NCBI GenBank assembly: GCA_030390025.1
Contig: CM059433.1
Coordinates: forward strand, 2,108,001-2,172,000
Reading direction: 5' to 3'
Length of the DNA stretch: 64,000 nucleotides
Source: Squalus acanthias
Lineage: Eukaryota
Shown here: piece by piece, positions 1-13,821 of the stretch
Layout of the letters: each line of letters begins with the position of its first letter
Position numbering within the stretch: position 1 is the stretch's first letter
Notes under the pieces: model-generated
Seen by the model: only the letters and a program-made list of their open reading frames with translations
Databases searched by the model: none
What the model was told of the DNA's origin: nothing
Translations under genes and position numbers: made by a program

Positions 1-1065
1 GCCCTGGTTTGCATGTTAAAAGTATGAAAAGGATTTGTAGTGCATGGTTTAACTTTTGTTTTATTTTTAACTGTTTCTAAGTTTTGATTTTTCACATCAT
101 ACAGTCTGAGGAATAGAATTATTGGTAACGGGATTTATCCTTCAAAGATGAAATGCTAATACATGCATTTATTTCAATTTCATGAGTTTTATGTTGATAT
201 ACGTGGAATAATTCCCTTTTATTTTCAATTTTCTCTCCTCTTTGGTTAGGAAAATGTACTTGCTTTAAATCATAAAGCAACAGTTATTCTACCAAAGTTT
301 TTGATATCACAGTGGTTCATGATGAGAGCTCAATGAATGGTTGACTGTTGATTTTTCTTGCATGAGAAACCATTAGAAATCTTAAGCAAAACCTTCCATG
401 TACTTTATAAATGCTGCTACATGCCTTTGTCAGCATAATTAACCAGCTGTTACAGAACAGTGCCCAGACCAATTAATGAATGCACAGTGTAATCTTTCAT
501 ACAGTTTGTGCTAAAAGACATTATGGCAGCCATTGGTGCAAGAGAATTAAAAATAAGGCAACTGGTTTGAATATGGGAACAACTTCAGGGCATGATGATA
601 AATTGATTCAGAGATTTCCAATTTATCAAAGCTGTTCATGCTTCAAGAGTAGTGTCTTAGGACCGCCTTTATGCTTCTCCTTGTGGATTTATTGCCTGCA
701 AATTTAAATTTGGAGGGGAAAAAAGACCAAATATGAAACATTAACAGTTTAGGAAATCTGAGTTCAGTAGCAGAATAGTTTCACAACCCCGTGGTCCATG
801 CAGATGTCTTCCAGATTATTTGATGCTGAACATTGTGATGATTGAACTGAACGATGGTTGTGATCAAGGAAATACCAACTTTGGCGATGGAACATTTTGT
901 GCTAGTTCTTTCAAGCTAATTTAATTTCTAAAGTATTTGTCTGGAAATGGCCTATCCTTTCATTGTTATGATTAGACATACAAATTTGACTATTGTGTGC
1001 AGCTATGTATTCATACTACTAGTGATATTTCTCATGTCAAGTCTATTTTCTCCCTAAAAGAAATA

Positions 1066-1940
1066 GGGGGAGAAATTCGGTATCGCCCCGTTTGGGGCGC
1101 AATTATCAGCCGGGCGCAAAGTTTAGCGCCTGGCACTAATTATCGCCTCCGACTGCAAGCTTGGCTTCTATCGCCCCTGGAGGTGATTTGAGCACTAAAT
1201 CAGGTGCTACACACCTCTCAAGGCGCTAACGCCAAGGAGTGAGGCGCTACCTCAGAGCGCTGGCGAAGCTCATGTGATGTCAGTTAGCAATGGAACACAG
1301 ACACACTGGCTCCGGCCAGTTCTTAAAGGGGAGGGTCGACCTTGCTTTCCAGCCACACCCTGCTTATTGCAGCCTTGAATCTTGGCCTGGAGAGACCTGT
1401 ACATCAATTCTGCTGGAAAGAACAATGAAGAGGCCCAGGGAAAGAGCTCAGAGTGCAGCCCCCATAGTCTCTTCTAAATTGATGCAAGGAAGGTCAAATC
1501 AAAATGAACCTGCAAAGTGCTGCTCAGTACCCAAAACTCCTTCACACAGCGTTGAATCTCTCCAGAAGTGTCTCTCTCAGAATGCATGGTGCAAAAATGT
1601 CGCCGAAAAAAAGGCAGGAAGCGGTCGCCTTTAAATAGTGCTCTCCCAGTCCCTTCTCGACTGCAAAACATTCCCCTCTACCTGTCGTTGCTAGTGGCAG
1701 GCGGAAAGGCAGGGGGCGCCACTCAATATCCGGTCCGGGGCGTTGCACGCTCGACTGACGTCGCGATCTGCGGGTGCAGGAGATCGTGGCGGTAGTGTTT
1801 AGCGCCGCCGCAAAATGTCTGGTCAGTTTCAAGAGTGGCGCAAACATTGCCACACTCGGGCGCTAGTTGCTTTGCCCCCCCCCCATTAGCGCCCTCTTCG
1901 GGCGCTAACGGGAGGCGCTAATCAACCGAATTTTTCCCCC
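1066..1940. mobile_element. Non-autonomous DNA transposon (MITE), PIF/Harbinger-like
   Basis: Terminal inverted repeats GGGGGAGAAATTCGGT (1066-1081) and ACCGAATTTTTCCCCC (1925-1940), one mismatch; GC/CpG-rich interior with repeated GGCGCTAA/TTAGCGCC subterminal motifs. Superfamily inferred from G-rich termini. Confidence 0.7.
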
Positions 1941-2002
1941 ATCGAGCCTTGTCCACAAGATTCCCTTCAATTTAACACTGATGAGGTAATTAGCTGCTAT
2001 TT

Positions 2003-2373
2003 GATAGACGTGTTCAAAATTATGAAGGGTTTTGATAGAGTAAATAAGGACAAACTGTTTCCAGGGGCAGGAGGGTTGGTAACCAGAGGACACAGATTTA
2101 AGGTAATTGGCAAAAGAACCAGAGGCAACATGAGGAAAACATTTTTTTTACACAGCGAGTTGTTATGATCTGGAATGCGCGCACTGCCTGAAAGGGTGGT
2201 AGAAGCAGATTCAATAATAGCTTTCAAAAGGGAATTAGATAATCACTTGAAAGGAAACATTTGCACGGCAGGGGAATTGGGACTAATTGGATGGCCCTAC
2301 CAAAGAGCTGGCACAGGCACAGTGGGCCGAATGGCCTCTTTCTGAGCCGTATCAGTCTATGATTCTACGATTA
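2003..2373 (+). mobile_element. CR1 LINE 3' fragment
   Basis: Degenerate ORF2 C-terminus (DVFKIMKGFDRVNKDKLFP...FFTQRVV) followed by a CR1 3' UTR and CTATGATT-like tail. Confidence 0.85.
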
Positions 2374-2712
2374 TAACTAAATGTAGAGTCGCATCAGCAG
2401 ATATGGAAGGCCCTACTGCTTGTTCACCAGTCCCCACAGCTCATAGGATGAATGGGGCTGAAAGCCTTTCAGGAATATATGGTAAACTGAGGTATAAAGA
2501 AAATAACTATAGAAATTTAATTTCAGTAATATATATTCTCCATAACAGCTTAATTTATTGAACAGGTTTGTCAACAGTTATGGTGGGCACAGATTGCTAT
2601 GGTATTAGACACTCTTATGATTGTTCATTGCAGTAAGCTTTCCTCTTGTTTTGATTTTGGAAATGTAATAACTTAATATAAAGAAGTGGCATTTTTGCTT
2701 CCTTCTGTATAG

Positions 2713-2826
2713 TACGTATGTGCTCAGACCGACTCCGACTCATTAAAGAGTGCATTACTCCGTGCTCGACAGCCTACAAACAGTCAAAAAAGCTCCTGGG
2801 GCTTGCAGATTTGCTGAGAGTAGCAG
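2713..2826 (+). CDS. NBAS: NBAS internal coding exon A (114 bp, phase 1-1)
   Basis: tatAG|...|GTaagt; translates (V)RMCSDRLRLIKECITPCSTAYKQSKKLLGLADLLRVA(G), matching recalled vertebrate NBAS VRLCPDRISLIKECI...LLGLAELLRVAG. Confidence 0.93.
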
Positions 2827-3456
2827 GTAAGTGCTTGTTCTTGGTGATCTGTTGTATCAGATTAGATTACGTTTCAATGGTTTTATAAAGGTATAAATGA
2901 TTATGGACAGAAACCTGTTTACTTGGTTCTCAGTGTATCTCTGACTAGTTGTTGCGATTTTTTTTTTTAAATGATGAAAATGAAATAAGAATTATCTATA
3001 GATAAGTCACTCGGTTTTATATCTCAATGAAACTTTTATTTCAAACTTTATTTTTTAAATAGTATTTTCCCTAAATGTCAGGGAATAATCATATTCTGCT
3101 CATGGTTGAGAGAAATATAACACTTCTAGTAAGTTGCTTTCCTGCTTGAAAATTCTGATATGAAGAGAAAACAGGACGTTTTGTACTGGAATTTATTTAC
3201 AAAAGTTGTTGTTTTTGTTAAATCAGCTTTTTTTATAATATCAGCATGTAATATAATGTCACAGCTTATTTTGGTTTGCAAATGTGTCCATATTTATATC
3301 TGACTATTATGCTAATCTTGTCATTTTAAAGTATGAGATCATCTCCAACAGATGTTTTGGTTGATTATTCATTTTAAAGCAGGTTACTTGCAGTTAGGAA
3401 AATTTAAGTGTTGGCTGATCTATGCTATTTTGTCTTTATTTTTCAAATATAAACAG

Positions 3457-3570
3457 GACAGGATAAGGCACAGCGGAAAGGACAGGTATTGGTTCTCCTG
3501 GCTGAGCAGGCCCTTCAGTGCCAAGATTATAAAGCTGCCAGTATCCATTGCCAAGAACTTATGTCTGCAG
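3457..3570 (+). CDS. NBAS: NBAS exon B (114 bp, phase 1-1)
   Basis: aacAG|...|GTgact; (G)QDKAQRKGQVLVLLAEQALQCQDYKAASIHCQELMSA(G). Confidence 0.94.
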
Positions 3571-3605
3571 GTGACTTTTCTATTTTGATTGCACTGGTTT
3601 TGTAT

Positions 3606-4510
3606 TCATACAATCATAGAAGTTTACGGCACAGAATGAGGCCATTTGGCCCATCGTGTCTGTGCCGGCTGAAAAAGAGCCATCCAGCCTAATCCCACTT
3701 TCCAGCTCTTGGTCCGAGCCTTGTAGGTTACTGCTTCAAGTGCACATCCAAGTACTTTTTCAATGCGATGAGGGTTTCTGCCTCTACCACCCTTTCAGGC
3801 AGTGAGTTCCAGACCCCCACCACCCTCTGGGTGAAAACATTTCTCCTCAACTCCCCTCTAAACCTCCGACCAATTACTTTATATCTATGGCCTCTGGTTA
3901 TTGACCTCTCTGCTAAGGGAAATAGGTCCTTCCTATCCACTCTATTTAGGCCCCTCATAATTTTATACACCTCAATTAGGTCTCCCCTCAGCCTCCTCTC
4001 TTCCAAAGAAAACAACCCCAGCCTATCCAATCTTTCCTCATAGCTAAAATTCTCCAGTCCAGGTAACATCCTCATAAATCTCCTCTGCACCCTCTCTAGT
4101 GCAATCACATCTTTCCTGTAATGTGGTGACCAGAACTGTACTCAGTACTCTAGCTGAGGCCTAACTAGTGTTTTATACAGTTCAAGCATAACCTCCCTGC
4201 TCTTATATTCTATGCCTCGGCTAATAAAGGCAAGTATCCCGTATGCCTTCTTAACCACCTTATCTACCTGTACTGCTGCCTTCAGGGATCTGTGGACATG
4301 CACTCCAAGGTCCCTCTGGTCTTCTGCACTTCTCAGTGTCCTACCATTTATAGTGTATTCCCTTGTCTTGTTTGCCCTCCCCAAATGCATAACCTCACAT
4401 TTCTCTGGATAGAATTCCATTTGCCACTTTTCTGCTCACTTAACCAGTCCATGATTATCTTCCTGCAGTCTACAGCTTTCTTCCTCTCTATCAGCCACAT
4501 GGCCAATTTT
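3606..4510 (-). mobile_element. CR1 LINE 3' fragment
   Basis: Minus-strand ORFs 3728-4108 and 4142-4420 (KCEVMHLG, LVRPQLEY, LERVQRRF, FTQRVV). Confidence 0.92.
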
Positions 4511-4748
4511 TGTTTTGTGCTTAAATAGGAGGATTAGGTGTCTTCGTGTCCTTTTTCTGATCTCAATATTCAATCCTACAACAAATTCTTAACATAAATT
4601 CACAATTACTCATAATACTCTTTGTTCGAGTGCACTTGAGAACAGGGAACGTCATTAACTAAATCTGTTTAAACTTTACTGAACTTAAGCGGAAAGAGAT
4701 AGTCTAGCAGAATTTGAGCAATGCAAACTTCTTTTGGTTTCCATTTTT

Positions 4749-5345
4749 CATAAGAACATAAGAAATAGGAGCAGGAGTAGGCCATTCGGCCCTTTGAGCC
4801 TGCTCCGCCATTCAATGAGATCATGGCTGATCTTCTACCTCAACGCCACATTCCTACACTATCCCCATATCCCTTGATTCCCTTACTATCCAAAAATCTA
4901 TCGATCTCTTGTCTTGAATATACTCAATGACGGAGCATACACAGCCCTCTGGGGTAGAGAATTCCAAAGATTCACAACCCTTTGCGTGAAGAAATTTCTG
5001 CTCATCTCAGTCCTAAATGGCCGACCCTTTAATCTGAAACTGTGACCCCTAGTTCTAGACTCCCCAGCCAGGGGAAACATCCTCCCAGCATCTACCTTAT
5101 CAAGCCCTGTAAGAATTTTATGTTTCAATTGGATCACCACTCATTCTTCTAAAGTCTAGGGAATATAGGCCTAGTCTACTCAACCTTTCCTCATAGGACA
5201 ATCCCCCCATCCCAGGAATCAGTCTGGTGAATCTTCGTTGCACTCCCTCTATGGTAAGTATATCCTTTCTTTGGTAAGGAGACCAGAACTGTACGCAGTA
5301 CTCCACGCCCTATATAATTGCAGTAAGACTTCTTTACTCATACTC
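4749..5345 (-). mobile_element. CR1 LINE 3' fragment
   Basis: EYCVQFWSP, EGVQRRFTRLIPG and FFTQRVVNLWNSLP motifs; tandem CATAAGAA tail. Confidence 0.92.
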
Positions 5346-7634
5346 CTTTGCTTTTCTTCCTTTGCCTAGTCTGCCTGTATTGTAATATGAGAGCTGCAAT
5401 GAGGTTGTAAATAAGAGCATTAAGTCACCACTTCACACCAGAACTCAGTGAAGAACTACAACTCCCAGCGATCCTATGAGTAGTTGGATGTGCATAGATA
5501 CCAATAAAATAGCTGCGCATGGACCGATGTGCAAATACAATTCTCAGCATGTCTTGTGCTAACAGGTGGCAGAATCAATTGCACACTCCCAGCAGAATGC
5601 CTTTAAGCAATGATTTCTTAACATCTGCTGCATAAATAAATGTAATTGAAAATTATTTATTACAAGACATTTTCGTGTTTGGTCACTCAAAAATCTCAAT
5701 CTACGTGTTGGAAAGTTTAAAATTTGTTTATGAACCAAGTACAGTTTTGAACAATAATATATCTGTCAGAAGACTCCCCTCTATTCTCAAATCCAAGTCA
5801 TTTATATATAGAACGAGAATATGTGGCCCCAGCACCACGTGTCACTCCCTGTCAATCCAGCAATGTCCTTCTTGTTCACTCTACCTCCTAGCTCGCAACC
5901 AGTTTGCTATCAATGCCACAAGATTACTGCCAATTCCATGTGCCTTAATTTTAGCTAATTATCACTGGTGTGAAATGTTCGCAATTGTCTTCTGAAAATC
6001 CTTCTCTCTATACACCTCAGCGATGCTATCAAAGAACTCTATTGGTTGTCTTCTCTTACCCAAAGGCTAGATGTGAGAATTGAACATTACATGAAATGGA
6101 GCCATCTCTTTCTCAATTCCTATGAAATGAGAATTGGTACAAATCCAAACGAGGATACCTTTTTCTAATTGCACCTACATATTTTTCAAAATCTTTACTG
6201 GGTCACATTTCCTCACCAAAAAATAAAACTGTGGACCAGCATGGAAAAGTTTTATTGGTGGTTAAAATAAAATGGCCATCCATGCAGCAGCTCGGTCACA
6301 AGGTGAGTTGATAAGTTGAAACAGATTGCTTTTAAAGAGGCTACACAGTGTGTAAGTTACCTTTCATTGTCAAGTACCGTGCCGAATGTTAGATAACTGG
6401 AAACCTAATGAAGTGGGTCAAGGAGACCTCCTGTTGCTACAATGAAGCGGTATTTAATCTCAGTCATCTGGCAATGGATTATACAAGCTGGATGGTGCTA
6501 AAACTATCCCATTAAATGAACAAACCTGTTGGGTACCTGGAGGCCTAACCAAGCTTCTTCAGCTGCTAGATAAGAGAGAATTATGCTCGCCAGATGTTTC
6601 AAAAAGCAAACTGATGCAGAATCATGTAGTCACTATTCCCATCCAGTATCCATAAGTAATTCCATACTTAATAAACATGAACAGTTTGCGTTTAGTAGTG
6701 CATCCATCACGTTGAATGTTAGCCTAAATTTCAGCAGATCCATGTTGCAGCATTTTTTGTTGGATTGGAGCAAGTTCAGTGCCACCGACAGCAATATATT
6801 TGGATGTTTTCCTCATCGGCACGTGACTTGCCTACCTTCCGAAACAAAAGTTTGGAATTTCTTCTGTGGGTTGTTTCCCAGAATTCTAGGGATTGCTGTA
6901 AATGTAAGTGGCAGGAATAATAAATATCAATTGCAAGTCCTGGAAAAGGGCTGAAACAAGAGGTATTGTTCATGGATTTTAGGCTCAATCAGCTCTGTCC
7001 TTTGCTTGGACCTCACACACGATGCTCTACAGTAATACTTCAGAATTTTTTTTAAATATTAACTTTTCATCCTTACATTTATTTAATATCTTTCTCCTTA
7101 CAAAGGAATTTTTATTTTCTGATTGTTTATATTCATCCCAAATGTGTTTTTAAATCGCCTTTTTCTGTTTTTCCTAATTTTCTTCTATCTCCATTTCTGT
7201 TCATTTGCAAAATCTTTTTGTTTTCCTTTGTATGAACATGCATACAAACATATGTAAAGGACTGAAAAAGACCGCCTGGGTCTATGAGCCTGTCCGATAC
7301 AGACCTGGTGTAGCTGAACACACCCTTGACCTGCCTCCTCTGACTGGTAACCCAGTCTCTTGGGAGAGGCACAAACACAGTGCTTACTGTAACCCTTCAG
7401 GTTTTAATTAAAAAAAAGTACATTGCATTTTGTTTTGGACTTCTGTTACTTTTTAAAAACAATCCATTTTTACTTAGCATCTTTTTTTCTCACTTTTCTG
7501 CAATACTTAGATCTCCTTTTAAAATGTCTTCCCCATACTTCTGTTTTGAAGCATACCGAAAAGATTGACCGTTCTTCTTCCTCCAGTAACCACCATATTG
7601 TTTAAGGAGGAATTGTGTTGGGTTCCGTTTACAT

Positions 7635-10600
7635 GGGTACGGTAGCATAGTGGTTATGTTACTGGACCAGTAATCCAAAGGCCTGGACTAATGATCCGGA
7701 GACATGAGTTCAAATCCCACCACGGCAGCTGGGGAATTTAAATTCAATTAATTAATTAAATCTGGAATAAAAAACTAGTATCAGTAATGGTAACCATGAA
7801 ACTATCGGATTGTCGTAAAAACCCATCTGGTTCACTAATGTCCTTTAGGGAAGGAAATCTGCCGTCCTTACCTGGCCTATTTGTGACTCCACAGCAATGT
7901 GGTTGACTCTTGACTGCCCTCTGAAATGGCCTAGCAAGTCATTCAGTTGTACCAAACTGCTACAAAGAAGTATACAAAGAAAAAAATTGGACGGACAAAC
8001 TCGGCACCGGACATGACAAAGGCATACCAAGCCCAGTCGACTCTGCAAAGTCCTCCTCACTAACATCTCTGGACCTCTGCCAAAATTGGGAGAGCTGGCC
8101 CACAGACTAGTCAAGCAACAGCCTCACATAGTCATACTCACAGAATCATATCTTTCAGCCAACGTCCCAAACTCCTTCATCACCATCCCTGGGTATGTCC
8201 TGTCCCACCAGCAGGACAGACCCACCAGGGGTGGCAGCACAGTGGTATACACTCGGGAGGGAGTGGCCCTGAGAGTCCTCACCATTGACTCCGGACCCCA
8301 TGAAGTCTCAAGGCATCAGGTCAAATATGGGCAAGGAAACCTTCTGTTGATTACCACCTACCGCCCTCCCTCAGCTGCTGAATCAGTACTCCTCCATGTT
8401 GAACACTGCAGAAGCAATGAGGGTAGCAAGGGCACAGAATGTACTCTGGGTGGGGGAATTAATTGTCCATCACCAAGAGTGGCTCGGTAGCACCACTACT
8501 GACCGAGCTGGCTGAGTACTGAAGGACATAGCTGCCAGACTGGGCTTGCGGCAGGTAGTGAGAGAACCAACACGAGGGAAAAGCCTACTTGACCTCGTCC
8601 TCACCAATCTACCTGTTGCAGATGCATCTGTCCATGACAGTATTGGTAGCAGTGACCACCACACAGTCCTTGTGGAGACGAAGTCTCGTCTTCACACTGA
8701 GGACACCCTCCATCTTGTTATGTGGCACTACCACCGTGCTAAACGGGATAGATTGAGAACAGATCTAGCAGCGCAAAACTGGGCATCCATGAGGCGCTGT
8801 GGCCCACCAGCAGCAGCAGAATTGTATTCCACCACAATCTGTAACCTCATGGCCCAACATATCCCTCACTCTACCATTACCATCAAGCCAGGGGACCAAC
8901 CCTGGTTCATTGAAGAGTGTAGAAGAGCATGCCGGGAGCAGCACCAGGCATACCTAAAACTGAGGTGTCAACCTGGTGAAACTACAACACAACTAAAAAC
9001 ATTCCAAACAGCGGAAACAGCATGCTATAGACAGCTAAGCGACCCAAAACCAACGGATCAGATCAAAGCTCTGCAGTCCTGCCGCAGCCAGTCGTGAATG
9101 GTGATGGACAATTAAACAGCTAACGGGAGGAAGAGGTTCCATGAACATCCCCATCCTCAATAATGGCGGAGCCCAGAACATGAGTGCAAAGGACAAGGCT
9201 GAAGCTTTTGCAACCATCTTCATCTAGAAGTGCTGAGTGGATGACCCATCTCTGCCTTCTTCTGAGCTCCCCACCATAACAAGCCAGTTTTCAGCAAATT
9301 CGATTCACTCCACATGATGATAAATGGCTGAGCGCACTAGATACAGCAAAGTCTATGGACACTGACAACATCCCGGCTGTCATGCTGAAGCCTTGTGCTC
9401 CAGAACTAGCCGCGTACAGCTACAACACTGGCATCTACCAACAATGTGGAACATACAAAATGCAGGACAAATCCAATGCAGCCAATTACCACCCCATCAG
9501 TCTACTCTCAACCATCAGCAAAGTGATGGAAGGTATCATCGACAGTGCTATCGAGCGGCACTTACTCACCAATAACCTGCTCACCGATGCTCAGTTTGGG
9601 TTCCACCAGAACCACTCGGCTCCAGACCTCATTATAGCCTTGGTCCAAACATGAACAAAAGAGCTGAATGCCATAGGTGATAGGAAAGTGACTGTCCTTG
9701 ACATCAAACAGTATTTGACCGAGTGTGGCATCAAGGAGCCCTAGTAAAATTGAAGTCGATGGGAATCAGAGGGGAAACTCTCCACTGGCTGGAGTCCAAA
9801 GGAAGATGGTTGCAGTTGTTAGAGGTCGATCATCACAGCCCCAGGACATCACTGCAGGAGTTCCTCAGGGCAGTGTCCCAGGCCCAACCATCCTCAGCTG
9901 CTTCATCAATGACCTTCCCTCCATTGTAAGTGGGATGTTCGCTGATGATTGCACAGTATTCAGTTCCATTCGCAACTCCTCAGATAATGAAGCAGTCCAT
10001 GCCAGCGTGCAGCAAGACCTGGACGACATTCGGGCTTGGGCTGATAAGTGGCAATTAATATTTGCGTGACACAAGTGCCAGGCAATGACTATCTCCATCA
10101 AGAGAGTCTAACCACCACCCCTTGACATTCAACAGCATTACCATCACCAAATCTCCCACCATCAACATCCTGGGGGGTCACCATTGACCAGAAACTTAAC
10201 TGGGCCAGGCACATAAATACTGTGGCTACAAGAGCAGGTCAGAGGCTGGGTATTCTGCGGCGAGTGTCTCACCTCCTGACTCCCCAAAGCCTTTCCACCA
10301 TCTACAAGACAATTCAGGAGTGCAATGGAGTGCTCTCCACTTGCCTGGATGAGTGCAGCTCCAACAACACTCTAAAAGCTCAACACCATCCAGGACAAAG
10401 CAGCCTGCTTGATTGGCACCCCATCCACCACCTTAAACATTCACTCCCTCCACCACCGGCACAGTGTGTACCATCTACAAGATGCACTGCAGCAACTCGC
10501 CAAGCCTTCTTCGTCAGCACCTCCCAAACCCACGACCTCAACCACCTAGAAGGACAAGGGCAGCAGGCGCACACGAGCACCATCACCTCCAGGTTCCCCT

Positions 10601-10833
10601 CCAAGTCACACACAATCCTGACTTGGAAGTATATCGCCGTTCCTTCATCGTCGCTGGGTCAAAATCCTGGAACTCCCTCCCGAACAGCACTGTGGGCGTA
10701 CCTTCACCACACGGACTGCAGCGGTTCAAGAAAGCAGCTCATCACCACCTTCTTGAGGGCAATTAGGGATGGGCAATAAATGCTGGCCTTGCCAGTGACG
10801 CCTACATCCTATGAACGAATTAAAAAAAAAAAA
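7635..10833 (+). mobile_element. Decayed non-LTR retroelement: tRNA-like head + APE endonuclease/RT ORF2 (CR1-group) + A-rich tail
   Basis: A box TAGCATAGTGG 7643-7653 and B box GAGTTCAAATCC 7706-7717; endonuclease motifs ILTESYL, TYRPP, LDLVLTN, SDHH; RT motifs NYHPISLLS, QFGF, GVPQGS, FADD; many stops and frameshifts; poly(A) at 10822-10833. Confidence 0.88.
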
Positions 10834-10901
10834 TAATGTATAAAGTGACAAAATGGCAACAGGCACTGTGTACCTTTTGTTAAAAAAATAACTAGAACAT
10901 T

Positions 10902-11632
10902 GTCCCTGAAATTGCAGTGTGTATGACGGCATACTCTGAGTGCGCCATTGTGTTCCCTTTGAAATCCACAGCAAGTTCGGGATTTGCGAAATCCGGATCT
11001 TGCGGCCCGTCAGTTTACGCGTTGACAGGCCATCCGCGCGGGCCACGAAAAAGCAATCGCTGGCGCCGAGTTGGGCTATTTGCCCACCGACTAGCCAGCA
11101 GTTGCACACGGAAGTCTTACGGTTGATGCAAGCAGGCACAGGGCTTGTTTGCATCAGCATAAGGGGATATCTAAGCCATTAATTAAACATTTTCATATGC
11201 TAAATTATGCACAGATACTGTATGAAATGAGCGTGCTATTATTGGCTCGGATTACAGTTTTAATGTATAACATTATAAAAAATTAAATTTTTAGTGAGGT
11301 TGGTGGAATGAAGGTAATTACGAATAAATTCCAATTCTGTGAATTGTATAATTATTGGATTTTGGGATTCCATTACATCTCATTAGGGGATTCCCTTCAC
11401 AAGTTATTAAAGTTGAATTCTGCTTTGTGATTGGAGGACCAGGCCCACGTGATCCCAGGTATGTTTCCGCACCGCCCGCGTCCCTGGGATCCGTGGGCCG
11501 TTCCGTTGTCCTCCGCCTCCAGGCCTGAATCCGCAGGTTTTCGCAGCCTCGCCGCTAGCAGTTAGGTTAATAATTTTTCCGCAGGTCGGAGGTGTACTTC
11601 GGAGGTACGCCTCTGACCGCAATTTCTAGCCC
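10902..11632. mobile_element. MITE, Harbinger-like
   Basis: Imperfect TIRs GTCCCTGAAATTGCAGT and ACCGCAATTTCTAGCCC; CpG-rich arms around an AT-rich centre. Confidence 0.55.
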
Positions 11633-11752
11633 ATCAGTTTTGCATTTCTGCCCTGTAATGAGCTGAAGTTAGAATTATGCAATGCCAACACAGGTGATGA
11701 CCTATCTTTAATTAATAGCATTAACAGATGGATGTTTATTTTTCTCCCAAAG

Positions 11753-11910
11753 GTTACAGTGCTGGTTGGCAGGTGTGCAGCAAACTGGGGCAGTCAGACG
11801 GCTATCATGACCTGACCACTCGACAGGAATTAATGGCCTTTGCTCGCACTTACTGCCCTCCCAATGTTATCCAGTCTCTTCTGGCTGTCAGCAGCTCACT
11901 TCAGACGCAG
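11753..11910 (+). CDS. NBAS: NBAS exon C (158 bp, phase 1-0)
   Basis: caaAG|...|GTatga; (G)YSAGWQVCSKLGQSDGYHDLTTRQELMAFARTYCPPNVIQSLLAVSSSLQTQ. Confidence 0.95.
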
Positions 11911-12769
11911 GTATGAGTGAATAAGCTTTATACTAATGATGGTCGAGGAACTTCGAAGGACGTTAACTCTTGAATTTAAACACTTTTTTCACCTAGTGCT
12001 GTCCGTCCCGTTGCGTAAATTATTTGATATTCTAATGAGAAATAAAAAACCCTGATGCAGCCTTCAAAAAATTCAAGGCTCTAGTTATACTTTGTTGATG
12101 GAGGGACGATAGATTTCAAAGCTCGATTGTAGACTGTGACAGATGTCGTCCATCATGATGTTTAATAACATGGCTGCTGTTGATTCTGGCTTAGGTTATT
12201 CTGAGCTGTTATAAGTACTCAACTACTTTCCCTCCCCGCCCCCCACAACCGCACCAAGTTCATTATTTGTAACTTATGGTCTTTTGGCTCACTCTGTTTC
12301 AATTAAACAACCCTTATTAAGAAAGAGAAAGTATAGCTGGCACAATCAACAAAAAAAATCAAAGAATTTATCTAGATGTTTTGCTAGTCCTTAATTCACT
12401 AAAGTTCAGAGTCATGTCACTGAGGGTCATTGACAATAATTATTGCTGTTGGGAGTACGTTGAATTTTTGAGCTCAAATGAAATGTAAAATGTGTTCATG
12501 GGCTCGACCAATAATTCATGTTTTTTAATGATGCTATTTGATTTCAAAATAGTACACAAAAACTGATCACCTCTAAATGAAATAACATACATGCTAATTC
12601 AGATAATAAAATCACAAACAATAAAACAATTTTCATTAAAAGTATTTTTGTCAGAGCATTGGAAATGATTCACACATTGCTGACCAGGGCAAGCAACCGT
12701 GTATCTCCTTAGCCAACCAGGTTGAAGCATTGTTAATGAACAGCACAGGATCTGAACTGGGAAATGTAA

Positions 12770-13821
12770 GTTAGAATGGTGAATTCAATGTCAAATCAGG
12801 TACAGTAAACAAAATAAAGAGAGGGAAAGAAAGATCGGATTAAGAGAGAGAGAAAAAAGGGACAGAAAGAAAAAGCGAAAAAAAATTAAAACTCCAACAA
12901 CAACTAAAAGCTGAAGTAATGAGATTCCACACTTGTAAAAGTTAATTTTCTGTGCCAGAGAGATTGTTTGGTAGTAATTAAGAACATAATAAATAGGAGC
13001 AGGAATAGGCCACTTGGCCCCTCGAGCCTGCTCCGCCATTCAATAAGATCATGGCTGATCTTGGGCTCAAAGCCACTTCCCTGCCCGCTCCCCATAACCC
13101 TTCACTCCCTTATCTTGTAAAAAATCTGTCTATCTCCACCATAAATGTATTTAATGACCCAGCCTCCACGGCTCTCTGGGGCAGAGAATTCCACAAATTT
13201 ACGACCCTCTGAGAGAAGAAATTCCTCCTCATCTCAGTTCTAAAAGGGCGACCCTTTATTCTGAAACTGTGCCCCCGAGTTCTAGATTCCCCCACGAGCG
13301 GAAACACCCTCTCTGCATCTACCTGTCGAGCCCCCTCAGTATCTTATATGTTTCAATAAGATCACCTCTCATTCTTCTAAATTCCAATGAGTATAGGCCC
13401 AGCCTGCTCAACCTTTCCTCATAAGTCAACCCCCTCATCTCAGGAATCAACCGTGTGAATCGTCTCTGAACTGCCTCCAATGCAAGTATATCCTTCCTTA
13501 AATAAGGATTTTTAATTCCTTAAATTAAGACTTATCACTCAGTTAAAAAAGCACTTAGACTGAAATGGATAGGCCCTAACTTTCTGTGGTAGGCTTAGTT
13601 TGTATCTATCATGCAGTAAGGAGCTTCACAGCGTTCAATGTATTTGAATGTTGAGTCAGACAGCGAGATGCCAGTTTCAGGAAACTAACAGCAGAGTGGC
13701 GCATCTTGGACAGCAACTTTCGCATTTAACCACACATCTGCCTTTACATGAAGTTGATCTGCACATAAATAATGGTGAGCGCCATAAGCCTGACTGTTAT
13801 TTTGACAGTAAATTCTGGCCC
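12770..13821 (-). mobile_element. Partial MITE of the same family as 54092-54834, interrupted by a CR1
   Basis: Ends GTAAATTCTGGCCC; 12790-12890 and 13760-13821 are reverse-complement similar to 54500-54595 and 54092-54150. Left boundary is approximate. Confidence 0.65.
12981..13508 (-). mobile_element. CR1 LINE 3' fragment nested in a MITE
   Basis: ORF 13110-13307 (FPLVGESRTRGH...FFSQRVVNLWNSLP) plus CR1 3' UTR. Confidence 0.9.

Noticed and set aside
1290..1853. ORFs inside the first MITE as a transposase
   Set aside because: No DDE motif. The short RPRERA stretch only faintly recalls Harbinger Myb-like proteins and is too little to call.
11930..11975. Possible degenerate hammerhead (CTAATGATGGTCGAGG...CGTTAACTC)
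   Set aside because: The CUGANGA and GAAA core is not intact; at best an old remnant.
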